Positions 24,717 through 37,659 are shown, counted from the first letter of the stretch. The stretch: DNA of 64,000 nucleotides from Octopus sinensis (GCF_006345805.1 NC_043009.1:6634001-6698000), one strand, 5' to 3'. A program made the numbers and translations. Notes: generated by a model from the letters alone, not told the origin.

Positions 24717-26099
24717 CACGTACATCATCAGCGAAATGAAAGATCAAAATAGAACTAACCTAATAATCGAAAACGAAATGAAAGATGACATTTTTCTTTG
24801 ATAGACATTCATGCTTTACGCCATTTTTTTTTTCAAATTGTATGACGACATCAAATTTAATTATCAGTTCATTTCAATGTTTTCCTCTCTTTTTACAAAA
24901 AGAATCGTAAATTAAATGTTGCAAGGCGTCAAAAATCAATAATCTAATACGTAACCAAGTTAACTTGTTGGATTACACCTCTCAGCCTCTAAATAAAATT
25001 GGACACATTCACACAACAACACAACAGAAGTTCTGAAGATCTCTCACTGGAACTCTAATAGCCGTCATTTTAACAGGAGTTTGACTTATGGCATTTCATA
25101 TTCAGATACGTGTTTTTATGTTTTTAATTTCATATATACTCTAACTCAACCTTATCTATTTGTAAATTATGCTTCAATATTACTAAAAATATTTATGCCA
25201 AGAGGGAATAGAACAACACACTTGGTGTTTGTTTCTAATCTCTGTTAAGTTTTCTTTTTAGCAGATATTTAAAAGGAATATCTATTTTCTCTCTCCTTAT
25301 ACATATAGATATTACTGCTATCTATGTGTCAAGATACCTCCAGTTCTCTTTCTAATTGTTCATTCACACACGCGCACGCACGCATACATATATATTCATA
25401 AGTTTCTCGTATTATAGAATTCATAGCTCAGCTTACCCGGTTTCCATGGCAAATAAGTGTTACCGAGATCAGAACATTTCACCTGAAAGGGAGGCCAATC
25501 GAGAGCAAAATTATTCGTGTACAGCAATATGAACTGGAGCCACGTGAGATAGAAATTTTAGCTTAAGAACTCACCACCCTGCCTCGTCCGAGATCAAAAT
25601 CACAATCGTACGACCAAGGGTAACATACCACTTCCACCTGTGACATGAATTTTTTCAGAAAGCCGACTAAAGTATCTTGGCTTTGTATAAAATACAACGG
25701 AGAAAACTCTAGGCCACGCACCATCAAATACACTAACACTCACAAACATATGCCTTCATATAGGTTTATTTACATTAAGTCTTGGAGAGTTCATTACACC
25801 AACATTTAGAGAGTGACTGCAACTGCTATTAACATAACGCCGTCATCCAACAGCTAAATATTTGTTTTACACCAACGCTTGGAGAGTCAAATACACAAAC
25901 ATTTGGAGAGTGATTGCTACTGCTAACATAACACAGGGGAATATGTTAACCAAACCTGTATAACTGGGCATTTTTGTGAAACTTTTGGCATTTTCAGAAG
26001 CTTTCATATTTTCCCTTTTCCCTTCTTCGATATTACAATTCCTCAAGCGAACTGCAACGCACTCATATTTCCGCCTATATGCTTCCTTTTTTTTTTTTT

Positions 26100-26397
26100 C
26101 GTTCTCTCTCCGGTTTCCTCCTCTGAATCTTTTCTGTCGAAGAGCGTCGGCTTGAAACGTCAAAGACATTTCCATTCTTCCCGAACGTTAAACTAAAACA
26201 CCTGCATGCTGTTACTCCACCTGCTCTCATCCTTTGTTTTCTGTTGCCCGAAATGGTCGTGACTTCTGGGACTTGACTGATGAAAGAAAGCCAAGAATGG
26301 CTCATCTTTTTATGCCTGCCCTAATTGCTGTTTCTCCTGTCTGCCCTTGTATCATCTCATTTCAATACCCTCTTTTGCGGTTTTGTTCCATTGATAT
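26100..26397 (+). mobile_element. Penelope-type terminal-repeat fragment with a hammerhead-like motif (26128-26166)
   Basis: TCTTTT-CTGTCGA-A-GAGC-GTCG-GCTT-GAAA-CG-TC-AAAGA. Its 3' part resembles 33726-33860, 60270-60348 and 61274-61410, and it ends at (TA)n. Confidence 0.65.
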
Positions 26398-26450
<53 letters not shown>

Positions 26451-26516
26451 GTATGTATGTATTATTTGTATGTATGTATGTATGTATGTATGTATGTATA
26501 TATGTATATATGTATG

Positions 26517-26595
<79 letters not shown>

Positions 26596-27259
26596 GACAA
26601 GTAAGCAGAACTTAGGACTCCATGTATATCTCAGTATATCTGAAGAAAAACTGTGCAGAAATCTTGTAATATAGTAGACAGTTTATTTGGTTGAAATCCG
26701 ATGTATGCCACAGGTAGCATACAGGAAACAAAAGAGAAGTGCCTGTTTCTAGAATATATTTAGTTACACAATCTTGTTACGGATCCAATATTGGCAGCAG
26801 CTCTCACATTACTTGAGTAAAATTACGAAAACCAGTTCTCGTATATAATTGATAATCATTGTTTTTTAATGAAAAGCGTGATGTAACGAAATAACTTATA
26901 ATAAAGTCTCTTTTCGTGTGTGTATATATGTGTGTGTCTCATTAAATAAACATATATGATCTAATTTTAACGTATTTATTCAAAATTCTTCATATTTCTT
27001 TATTAGCGAGGCTTGGAACAATAGTTATATTAAATTTATATTTGATGTTTTTAGACGTTTACTGTCTCATGTTAAAGAATTGAATTGAATATTTTTTTAG
27101 CGTTTGCGTTTTTTGTGATATATTTATTGAATACGTTAGCACCATACATCAGCAGTCGCATCTTTATTTCTTTGCGCCATCAAATGTGTGTGTATATGTT
27201 TGTATCTCAGTATGAATAGATATACACTCATAAATTTATACTTACACTCATACCTACCA

Positions 27260-28625
27260 CCCTACATGGCGGTTGTCTACTCCTTATGTAGTGTTTGACC
27301 ACCTCCTCTACCTACACCTTAGAACCATCATGGCATTTGATGTGGCTTTTTAAACCAGACAATGTTCTGAAAAGACGCCCACACAGATTGCACATACGAT
27401 TTGGACCATCAAGAGCTGCAGATAAGTTCTGATCTTTGTGGATCTTAAAATGTTTTTGAAGCCCCGTTGGATATGCAAACCTGGCATATACTGCATTCAA
27501 AAGGTGTTCACAGACATGTAGGCAGAATAGTTTTGTGGAGGTTCTTTTTCCATGAGTTCGCAGATGAGATTTGAGCCCAGCAAAAGACAGGCATGGTCTG
27601 TCACAGACTGTGCACACAAAAAGGTCATTGTCTTTCACCTTCTCGATCGTTACATTGCTCCTTAGATCTCTTTTGAGTCTTACATGCGTTATCGTAGCCT
27701 CTTCAAATGCTTTCACTCCATTCCACACTTTTGTTCGCCATCCAGCTTGACCGAAGCAAGGGTTTCTATGTCTTCGGGATCCATTCCAAGTGACTTCATA
27801 GTAATCCTTACAACGTCCTTAAACCTCTTTTTAGATTTACACCGATAGCGTTTCCCCTCTGCATGCTCACCATAAAACAGCTGTTTCGGCATGCGTTCAT
27901 CTGCCATTCCAACAATATGTCCACACCATCTCATTTGGTTCCTCAAAATCATAGCTTTAATTGAAGTGATGACTGAAGATGCAAGAACATCTGTGTTTAG
28001 AGTAAATGAACTCCATTTAATTTTTTAAATGCTATGAAGACCTTTTCAGTGGAATTGTTCTAACAATTTAAAATGCATTTCATAACAAGTCCAAATTTCA
28101 TAGGGGTACAAGAGGGATGGTAAGACAAATGATTTGTAAAGGGACGTTGTTATTTATATGTCGCTGACACCAAATACTCAACTCCAAGCCACCAAATGCT
28201 ATTGCTGCCATTTGAATTCACAGCTGTATTTCTGTATGAAGATTTCCATCATTTTGAAAATAGCTTCCAAGATAAATGAATGAATTGACAACCTCAAGTA
28301 ACTTACTCTTAACAACAAATTTTAGGGTGGTTACAAACAGCACCACATGCAGGTTGATGCATTACAAGAGATTGTAGATCTGACTGACTAGAATGACTGA
28401 CTAGATCGCAATCGTCAGCGTACAAAAGTTCCCTAATGAGTGAAGTAAAAACCTTCGTTTTGAATTTCCGTCTGGTCGGATTAAAAGCATTCCCTGTTGT
28501 TCGGTACTTTATGTAAATACCCTGTTCAGAATTTTGAAAAGCATGTGATAGCACAAAAGCAAATCATATTACAAAGAGTGTGGGTGCATCAACATCTCCT
28601 CGCTTTACTCCATTTCCCTTGGCGA
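27260..28625 (-). mobile_element. RTE-clade LINE fragment (RT C-half plus C-terminal C2H2 fingers), decayed
   Basis: GIYIKYRTTG..LIRELLYADDC, LRNQMRWCGHIVGM.DERMPKQLFYGE and CTVCDRPC..GLKSHLRTH / CNLCGR..GLKSHIKCH. Confidence 0.9.
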
Positions 28626-28691
28626 AAAATAGAAACCTTGGTGCACCTACCTACCTACCTACCTACCTACCTACATACATACATACATACA

Positions 28692-28725
<34 letters not shown>

Positions 28726-28959
28726 CATGCATATAAAAATACTCCGCTAATGCTGTTAAAATTCCAAAGAAAGAGCCTTAGATCAAGGTTAGAAATCGTT
28801 TTTTTTCTCTATTAGCAGGAAATCTTGAAATAAAACTGAACGATGGCATACATACATGTGTATGTAGTCAATTCCATTCTAATGAAATTCGAGGCGTCGA
28901 GATATACATACTTGTAGTTCGGTTACGGCACAGCAACTGGGGTGTCAAGTACGTCTATG

Positions 28960-29335
28960 CTATCCTACAGTATAGTAGGTCCCTGCAGACGGACCGATTA
29001 CATTGCTCGGGATCTGGGTTAATCCTTTTCTCCAGAGAAGCAGGAACAGGAATGAAGTTACGAGCAGGTTGGTCAGTCTCACTCAGAAATGGACTGAGAA
29101 GCCATCACAGAAAGATCAACCAGAGGTGGCGAATGCCTTTATCACCTCCGAAATAACTTACCATCTGAACGTTCGGCCTTGCCAAAGCACTCTGGGAAAC
29201 GGTCTAGGCATGTTGTGACTGCTGATGTTCAAACAAGCGTTCTGACCGCGCCACCTGCAGCCTTTTCGGGTAAGTAAGCATACCTGGTCTCCGTTCGAAA
29301 GACACGTCTTTCTGCAGCCCACCTCTTTAACGTAG
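28960..29335 (+). mobile_element. Old Tx1-clade LINE RT fragment
   Basis: DGPITLLGIWVNP..NEVTSRLVSLTQKWTEK..EVANAFI and TWSPFERHVF align by eye with DGPVELLGVWFGP..NEITSRVVTLARQWAER..EVANTYI and VWSPFVRHAF of the 45040-46899 ORF. Confidence 0.8.
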
Positions 29336-30754
29336 GTGCAGCAATTGGTCATAAAATGATCAAGATTGGATTCCTGGCACCTGCAATTTCGTGAAGCGCA
29401 CAGTTCTTAATTATTCAGGCAATGCGGTACGGATTTATATTTGAAAGGTCTGGTGAGGAGTGAAACGAATTTGTAAAAAAACACAAAATCTGACGACGGC
29501 GGATGTAACACACTGGCAAATTGCCAACGTGTTTTCCCCTCGAATAAAAATACTCCAAAATAATTTCACTCATGTCTTATTTCCACACCTTTGTCATTCT
29601 TGCAGGTGGGAATACAGTGCCCTGATAGTGTTAGATATAAATAAACTATGACACTTTTTAAAACAAAATATGCAATAAAACAACAGATAAGCAGATTTTC
29701 AGCCGTGGAAACTGACCTACATAGAACAGCCTTTTCTGCAGTTTTTCGCTGTATTATCATCCTTTTGTATGTTTTCGTCCACTTTCATGAACTAATTATC
29801 GATCCCGAGATAATTCATAAGAAACTGGCGTTCACTAGCAGCATATAAATTTAGGTGATCTATAAGATTTCGTAAATTGCGAATTTGAGTAGTACTGCGC
29901 TTAATCCTCTAGTACTTCTATTATTTTGCTTTTCAGCCAAGCCCCTCCATAGAACATAGAATTAAATGACAGCCATATTATGGCCTTGCATTGTAGTAGT
30001 GTATATTGTAATGAGACTGGATTGGTTTGGATTGAATTGTTGCAGGGAGAATACACTGTCTCATATTTGGTCCATGGTATTTGAAAAAAAGGTCAACGTA
30101 TCTCTTTAAATTATTGATATTCCTTTCTGTTGGTTAACGAGTCATAAAGAATCAAGTGAAAGAACTCCTTGTAAAATCCAAGTTAATTACATGTTTATTT
30201 TTGTTAAGGAGCTGGAGAATTTCGCGTCATCCACTACCGTCTTGATTTCATTGGAGTTAGACAAACACCTCTTATCCTACTCAAGAAATACTAGTTATTT
30301 GTGTGTTCAGTCGTTCTACTAAGAGACGTTTTATATTTAAAAAATTGCGGGTAACAAGCTGAGTCATACGTTGGTCTTTACTATTGTCCCTATTGTTCTG
30401 GTTAGAAGCTATTTGATTACTTGCTCAGGATTACTTAAACTGGTATTGAAAGTAGTTGACGTTATTTGGCAATACTTTATTTCAAATGGTATTTACCATG
30501 AATATTCGATTTTATAAATACCCCGGATGCTTCTGTTTCGGTGATAAATAGTTCGGGTGTTTGTTAGGTGTTTCACAAAACTGGAAGTGTACATATATTC
30601 TATAATAAGCGTTTAATATTTTTCGGTGATGATATTTTCATTCAATTATGAATTATTCTCGTGTTGATTTTAATGACTCTTGTTTATCTTTTATCTTTTA
30701 TGTTTTTTTTGTTGTTATTTTTACTTCTATCATTTATTGGTTTGTGGCGATGCT

Positions 30755-30925
30755 GGGGCTGCGTTTTAAAGGTTTTAGTCGAGCAAATCGACCTCAGAAC
30801 TTGTCTGTAGGTCAGGTAGTTATTCTACCGGTTTTGCCCCATCCCCGTTACATGAACGTAAACAAATCATCACAGGTTGTCAAGTATGTGGAGGTTAGGA
30901 TAAAAGAAACACAGAGACACATTGT
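30755..30925 (-). mobile_element. SINE family B, degenerate 3' half
   Basis: TTTAGTCGAGCAAATCGACC..GAACGTAAACAAATCATC..TTGTCAAG. Confidence 0.65.
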
Positions 30926-30987
30926 TATATCTTTATATGTCGGTATATTAATACGACCACTTCGGTGATCGCAGTATCGCTATTAGC

Positions 30988-31417
30988 TCAAGGCGGCGAG
31001 CTGGCAGAATCGTTTGCGCGCCGGGCGAAATGCAGAGCCGTATTTCGTCTGCCGCTACGTTCTGAGTTCAAATTCCGCCGAGGTTGACTTTGACTTTCAT
31101 CCTTTCGGGGTCGATAAATTATGTACCAGTTACGCACTGGAGTCGTTGTAATCGACTTAATCCCTTTGTTTGTCCTTGTTTGTCACCTCAATGTTTAGCC
31201 TCTTGTGGGCAATAAAGAAATAAGAAGCGTTAGCGAAGTGCTTTGCGTATTTCATCTGTCTTTACCTTCTGAGTTCAAATTCCGCCGAGATCGACTTTGC
31301 CTTTCATCCTTTCGGGGTGGATAAATTAAGTACCAGTTGCTTACTGGTGTCGATCTAATCGACAGCTTACGGCCCCCAAATTTTGAGCCTTATACCTTGA
31401 GTAGAAAAAAAAAATTA
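30988..31417 (+). mobile_element. Composite of two family A SINEs inside one 15-bp TSD
   Basis: TSD AGTATCGCTATTAGC at 30973-30987 and 31418-31432. The first unit ends AATAAAGAAATA and the second starts inside the head. Confidence 0.88.
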
Positions 31418-33625
31418 AGTATCGCTATTAGCCCTGTAAGACAAGACTCTTAGCATAGTCTAACACTTACTCTCTGATACTGGCCGACATCACCTTACTT
31501 ATAGCGACATCCCATTCCACTCGTCACGTAGACGTACCATAATTACTAATTCCCTACATCTCTCATTTGAAGTTTTTCTTAGAAATGTCATTTTATTTAA
31601 CAAGAAGTTTTTCATTCTCCCCACCTCCCTTTTTAAAGTTTGCGCTTGACATCTATTTTCAGGAACTCTGTATGTTTTCTTTTCCTCTCACTTGTACGCC
31701 TGGGTTCGATCACCTGCAGCGGCGTTGATACTTGGAACGTATCGGTTCGTCCAACGTCTTTGCTTCGCTTTCCACGAATCTCTTCTTCAGTTGGTCCGTG
31801 TCGCTTTAGTATACCTCTTCTAGTTTTTACCCAATACAACATTTTACCAATGCATTTGTTAATTACTCCCTCTTCCCAACTCAACTTTCCATTTCTGTAT
31901 GCCCTCATATACACCTTTCCGCCAACTTTAGAGAATCTTGCTACGTCTTCTCTGACATGCACACACACACACACACAACACAGAAATATACGACGAGATT
32001 CCACAAAGACTTCGTTAACCAAATTAGTTCAAAAGTAACTATAGTAGAAGACAAATTGTCCAAGATGTCGCACATAGAGCTAGAACTCGAAAACACGCTG
32101 TAAAGCGAGTTCCTTAACTACACAGCCATGTCTACGCCAAGATGCTTTTTAAAAAAATTAATATATTACACAGATCTATTGTGCTGTTGCATAAGCAATC
32201 TATCAGTCAGACTCTTTGAAAGAAATACCAGTTGTGTGGTGGTGTCATTTTCAGAGAAATGCATCCTCACGTTCATTCTTTTGTAGTAGAATTGGAAATA
32301 TATAAACTACATCCTCGATGTTTAAACGAACACAAATGCAGAATGTAGCTATATACAGAGTGATGCACCTACAGTTATTCTCGACTATCTTGCATACATA
32401 CGCAGGACCACATTTAAATGACACGTTAAGTTTAACAAAGAAATATCACATTCGGTAGGGAGAGTGTCATTAAGTATCTGCCTGTTTGTTCTTTATTGTC
32501 GCAGAAACATGATGTATATTGTTTTTCGTTTATTTTTTTGTTTGTTTTTTTTTTGGTTTGGTTTCGTTGTTATTGTGGATTGCATTTATTTGTTTATTTT
32601 TGTTGTTTTTTTTGTTTAAATACGAAAGAATGTTAATATAAAAGTTGGCTAGTGTCGCGTCCCTTAAGGAATGGTTGAACAATTTATCAAGTGCACTTGA
32701 AATCACCGTTAGCTTTAAAATATATAACAAAATATAAACCAACAATAACAACAACATCTACATCGAATCAATGTAATGCCTCCCATAAAATCTTTTTTTT
32801 ATTCGTTTATTTTATCTATTTATTGTTTACTGTTTTTTGTTTGTTTTTTTTCTTTGCTTTTTAGAAACAATTAAAAACTAAAATAGGAAACTAGAAAATA
32901 TATAAATTATTCAAAAATAAAAGGATAAGAATTTCAGTTAAAACAAACAGACAGAACCTGAGGAAGGACAGAGCGGGTGAAAAAAAGCTGTTACAAAAAT
33001 ATTCTTTGGACGTTTAACTGCCTGAAAGAAAGGAAAACATCCTGTCAGAGTTCCCTGCATATATTAGCTGCTATGTCGTATTTTAGCTGTTTACGCATGC
33101 ATTTTATTGTATTTTAAATGATTCGTTTATTGAAATTCTTCCTTATATTTGTTTAGTTTTATATTTATTTGCTTTTTTTTTTTTACAAAATACCTTTTTC
33201 GGGCTTTTTTATTTGTTTCTTTGCTTTAATTGTTTCGTTAATGTTTTGTTTTCTTTTCTTTTCATTAGTATATTTTATATTTTAATTTTTTTCTTTTATT
33301 TTCGAAATTCATTTAATTTAAGTTATGCAATAAAAATAAAAACAAAAACGAAAAAAATACAATTAATAATGGGAGAAAAATAGTAAATAATTGAAAGGTT
33401 AGAGGCTAACGTAATTGTATTTTGTGCATTAATATTTTATCACACGTTTCACTATGTTTCTATATATATATACGTATATATGTATATACATACCTTCGTC
33501 TTTATGTGCGTATGTTTATGCATATATGCATATATCTTGAATTTGTAGAGGTATGTTTTTATATACATATAATATATATATATATATATGTGTTGTGTGG
33601 GTGTGTGTGTGTGTGTGTGTGGTAT

Positions 33626-33725
33626 NNNNNNNNNNNNNNNNNNNNNNNNNNNNNNNNNNNNNNNNNNNNNNNNNNNNNNNNNNNNNNNNNNNNNNNNNNN
33701 NNNNNNNNNNNNNNNNNNNNNNNNN
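33626..33725. other. Assembly gap (100 N)
   Basis: A run of 100 N, typical of a fixed-size scaffolding gap. Confidence 0.99.
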
Positions 33726-33860
33726 CTTGACTGAAGATAGAACACTTCGAATGACTTGTTCTTGTTTTTTTTTGTATCGTCTATCTGGATGGTTTGCTGT
33801 CCCTTTTGTATCACCTAGTTGTCAGGATGTTTTGCGTTCTTATCCCATTTTGTATTTTAT
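33726..33860 (+). repeat. Dispersed repeat ending at (TA)n, probably a PLE terminal-repeat 3' end
   Basis: Near-copy of 61274-61410 and 60270-60348 (GTCTATCTGGATG..TTTTGCGTTCTT.TCCCATTTTG). Confidence 0.7.
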
Positions 33861-33889
33861 ATATATATATACACATATATATATATATA

Positions 33890-33936
<47 letters not shown>

Positions 33937-34640
33937 TATATATGTATGTATGTATGTATGTATAGTGAATCAAAATTGAGTAGGGCTGTGAATAGCACCA
34001 AATTCATAAAAATAGTAGTTAAAATGCTCCAATGCTCTCATAAAGACATATACTCTGATAGCGACTGCAATCGCCCCGAACACTGAACTCAGAATTTCTT
34101 AGACTGATCGCCCAGCTCGGCTATTTGTGTAGCCACCCACCGTCAGGCCAGATCGATCGGTTGATTCCGGCGTACCACGCCGACCAGCGTATATATATTC
34201 ATCATAGAAATCTTATTTGTTTCTGTAGATTTTAAACAATACACGGCGCTATTCGGAACTTTCATTAATGTAAGAACAGGGAATGAGGAACCGTGAATTA
34301 AATCATGTTCGAATTACGACTGTTAATGCATGAAAAGATAAGTAGATATTCTAAGAGACTCCAGTGAGATTCCATGTAGCAGAGCACATTTCTATATTTA
34401 TTTTTCTAGTTTCATATTCTTTTCTCTTTTTTTTTTTTTTTTTCTTTTCGAATACACTATTTTGCACACGCGGAAGATCGTACAGATATCGATGTCATTA
34501 TCATGATTCCTGTCATTCCTTTCACAATTATCATAATTTTGAGAAATTTGGTCATTAATTATATCACTGATACACACACACACACATACTCACACGCACA
34601 CACGCACACTCACACACACGCGCGCACACACATACATATG

Positions 34641-34672
<32 letters not shown>

Positions 34673-34694
34673 GTGTGTGTGTGTGTGTGTGTAT

Positions 34695-34868
34695 AGGTAG
34701 AGTTTACGAGAAAAACAAAAGACTAAGACAAGTGATGTACAAAACAAACAGATGTATTAGTACAACGCTCAGGAATAGAAAAAGGCTTTTCCGTTTCCAG
34801 CCTACGCTCTTCTACAGAAAGGGACACACAAAAAACAAGGAGAGAAAAAACGTGTGTAGTGACTAACG

Positions 34869-34870
<2 letters not shown>
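34695..34870 (-). mobile_element. Penelope-type terminal-repeat fragment with a degenerate hammerhead-like motif (~34785-34822)
   Basis: Reverse complement CTTT-CTGTAGA-A-GAGCGTAGGCTG-GAAACGG-AAAAG, lying between (TG)n and (TA)n. Confidence 0.65.
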
Positions 34871-34916
<46 letters not shown>

Positions 34917-34920
34917 AATT

Positions 34921-35462
34921 ATGGCAATCTTATAAATATAAGACTAAAGCTGTAGATGATTAGCTCCAAGAGGCCACTGCCTCAATCTAGCTATTTGACA
35001 CACAATCTGCGTCCATTATAGACTTTCGAACAGGGGAGGTCAGGCGTTTCATCCTGCTAGTCAGACAGCTGTAGACGCGTTTCAGGGTAGTTGCCCTTTA
35101 TCAATGCAGCGTAGTCAGACCCAGCTGGTGTCGCTACTGACTGTCCCTGTTCGAAGAATCTATTTACCTAGTTTCGGTGGAATATATCCACTTGTGTTCA
35201 ATAATAGAAATATTAAAATTACTAAGTCTCTCTAAAAGAGATTACGGCAGCGTTACTGGAAATTAATAGTTATCGCCATACTAATATGGCAATCTTATAA
35301 ATATAATCATCGACAGCTTTAGTCTTATATTTATAAGATTGCCATATTAGTATGGCGATAACTATTAATTTCCAGTAACGCTGCCGTAATCTCTTTTAGA
35401 GAGACTTAGTAATTTTAATATTTCTATTATTGAAAACAAGTGGATATATTCCACCGAAACTA
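34921..35462. mobile_element. Permuted and inverted terminal-repeat structure with a 138-bp-arm palindrome and a hammerhead motif (35069-35109, minus strand)
   Basis: Arms 35169-35306 and 35325-35462 differ at one position. 34921-34941 is directly repeated at 35286-35306. The motif is CTGCA-TTGATAA-AGGG-CAACTA-CCCT-GAAA-CGCG-TC-TACAG. Confidence 0.75.
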
Positions 35463-35624
35463 TGTAGAGTCGTGCTTACAGAAACATGCAATATTAAATT
35501 ACAGTGACGTAAACGATTGAACAATGAGTGGCAAGCTGTGAGAGACATACTCTATCCAAGCGCAGGACATACACACCTTCGCATTTGTGGGTGGGTGTAT
35601 ATATATATATATGCACGCACATAT

Positions 35625-35729
35625 TTAATCGAAAATCAAAGTCGACCTCGGCGGAATTTGAACTCGGAACGTAGCGGCAGACGAAATACAGCTATGTATT
35701 TCGCCCAGCGTTTCTGCCAGCTTGCCGCC
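35625..35729 (-). mobile_element. SINE family A head
   Basis: AAAGTCGACCTCGGCGGAATTTGAACTC..TTTCTGCCAGCTTGCCGCC. Confidence 0.85.
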
Positions 35730-35732
35730 ATG

Positions 35733-35900
35733 TGAAGGCGCATGGCTCAGTGGTTAGAGCGTCGAGCTTACGATCGTGAGGTTGTGAGTTCGAATCCAGG
35801 ACCGGGCTGCCTGTTGTGATCTTGAGCAAGACACATTATTTCACGGTCCTGGAATCGAATTCACAACATCATGATCGTAAACTCGACGCTCTAACCACGT
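35733..35900. mobile_element. CORE-type SINE head followed by its own inverted copy
   Basis: GTGGTTAGAGCGTCGAGCTTACGATCGTGA..CCAGGACCG, then CGGTCCTGG..TCATGATCGTAAACTCGACGCTCTAACCAC. Confidence 0.8.
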
Positions 35901-36801
35901 ATTTATTTATTTATTTATACAAAGAGAGAAAGAGAGGTAGATAAATAGATAGATAAATTAAGTATATACTCTCTCTCACACACAGACACATATATATATA
36001 TATATATATTTTGTATATATACAGATGTACAAACAGCCATAAATAAAAGAAAAGAAAAATATTCATATACACATAAATATATGAGTACAGAAGGATAAAG
36101 TGGCAGAAACATGGATACATAGATAAACTCTACTGGATTTACTCCTATATAAAGTCATAGCGAATAATTGCAGTTTATGTTGGTATGTCATCTTAATGTT
36201 TTTCAATATTGCATCGTCGAAGTATTTGTTTTAAACAATTTTAGCCATCAGGCATAGAAATTTGAAACATTGAAAACTACAGCATTTCCAGTTTTGCTAA
36301 CGACTCACAAGAATTTATTTAAAATTTATATTTGATGCCTCCCATCACATTCGATGCTTTTTTTTTTTTTTTCTTTCTTTCTTCCCTCTAACAAAATTTG
36401 GGGACATTTGAATCCATGATTTTTTTCTTTTTTTTTTTTTTTACAATAAAAGAATATTTTATGTCCATTAAATTGATTCGATTTCAACAACATCGGAAGC
36501 AACGACAAAGCAACTAAAGGACTGAATGAAACATATAAAGCTTAACAAAGAACAATGAGCATATTATTCAATGCCTTCACAAAGCTTTCGAAAAATTCCC
36601 CAAAGGTTATATTTTTCTATGTATATTTTATTTGATTTGCATCTATCTGTTTTCTTTCCAGCAAATTCAAAATTAAATACATACTTACACGCATGCAAGC
36701 ACAGACACACACCCAGACAAGACAACACAAGAAATACATCCATAAATATATACATATAAAACATGCATATACATACATACATACATACATACATACAGAC
36801 A

Positions 36802-36862
<61 letters not shown>

Positions 36863-37227
36863 TTCAATATGGGTAGAAAAAAGTTGTAGAATAGCCAAAC
36901 AATGATATATGATAATACATAATTATGAAATGTCAGCTTGACCCAGTAGCCTGAAACATTTGACATCCGGTTTGGAAGGAAATATGCCAGAGAATTCGTC
37001 AAAGAATTATTTAAAGAGGAAAAGAAGAAAAAAACTGTAAGAATTTGAAGTAAAATTGCCAAACCGGTCAATAGCTGTTAAATAATACCAGAAGGAGAAA
37101 AACACGATGTATAAACGCATGAGAATTATTCCGAGATGCAATGAAGGTGAGAGTAGAAGTAAGTGAAGAAAACCAAAAAACAACATGAGGTAGAAAATTA
37201 TATATAATTATTATACACATACACACA

Positions 37228-37260
<33 letters not shown>

Positions 37261-37261
37261 G

Positions 37262-37294
<33 letters not shown>

Positions 37295-37421
37295 CTGCAA
37301 GCTAATCCATTCTATACTGTACTATGTTATATATACCTTGTTACTTATATCAGCCCAACGTGTCATAATAATTATAGCTAAATTAATTAATTGAAGAAAA
37401 ACTACAAGGGAAATAATAATG

Positions 37422-37467
<46 letters not shown>

Positions 37468-37659
37468 TAACAAAGTAGAAATATGATTCTCAGCTCTATT
37501 ATTAATTATTTTTGATACTATACTGTAGATTTGCAGTCATTTTAAAGTGCTCAAGAAAACAAATTCTATTATTCTGTTGTGGTAGATTACATTCAACATT
37601 TTCGAGCCTGTCGATGATGATGGTGATGATGTGTGTTTGTGTGTGTGTTTTTGCTCAAT

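Noticed and set aside
31633-32038. Overlapping 129/132-aa ORFs, one with a signal-peptide-like start
   Set aside because: The starts are non-ATG, the purine/pyrimidine skew explains the open frames, and there is no recognisable motif.
33726-33760. CTGAAGA..TCGAA as a hammerhead (also 61278)
   Set aside because: There is no GAAA-N..UH arrangement, and stems I and II do not pair.
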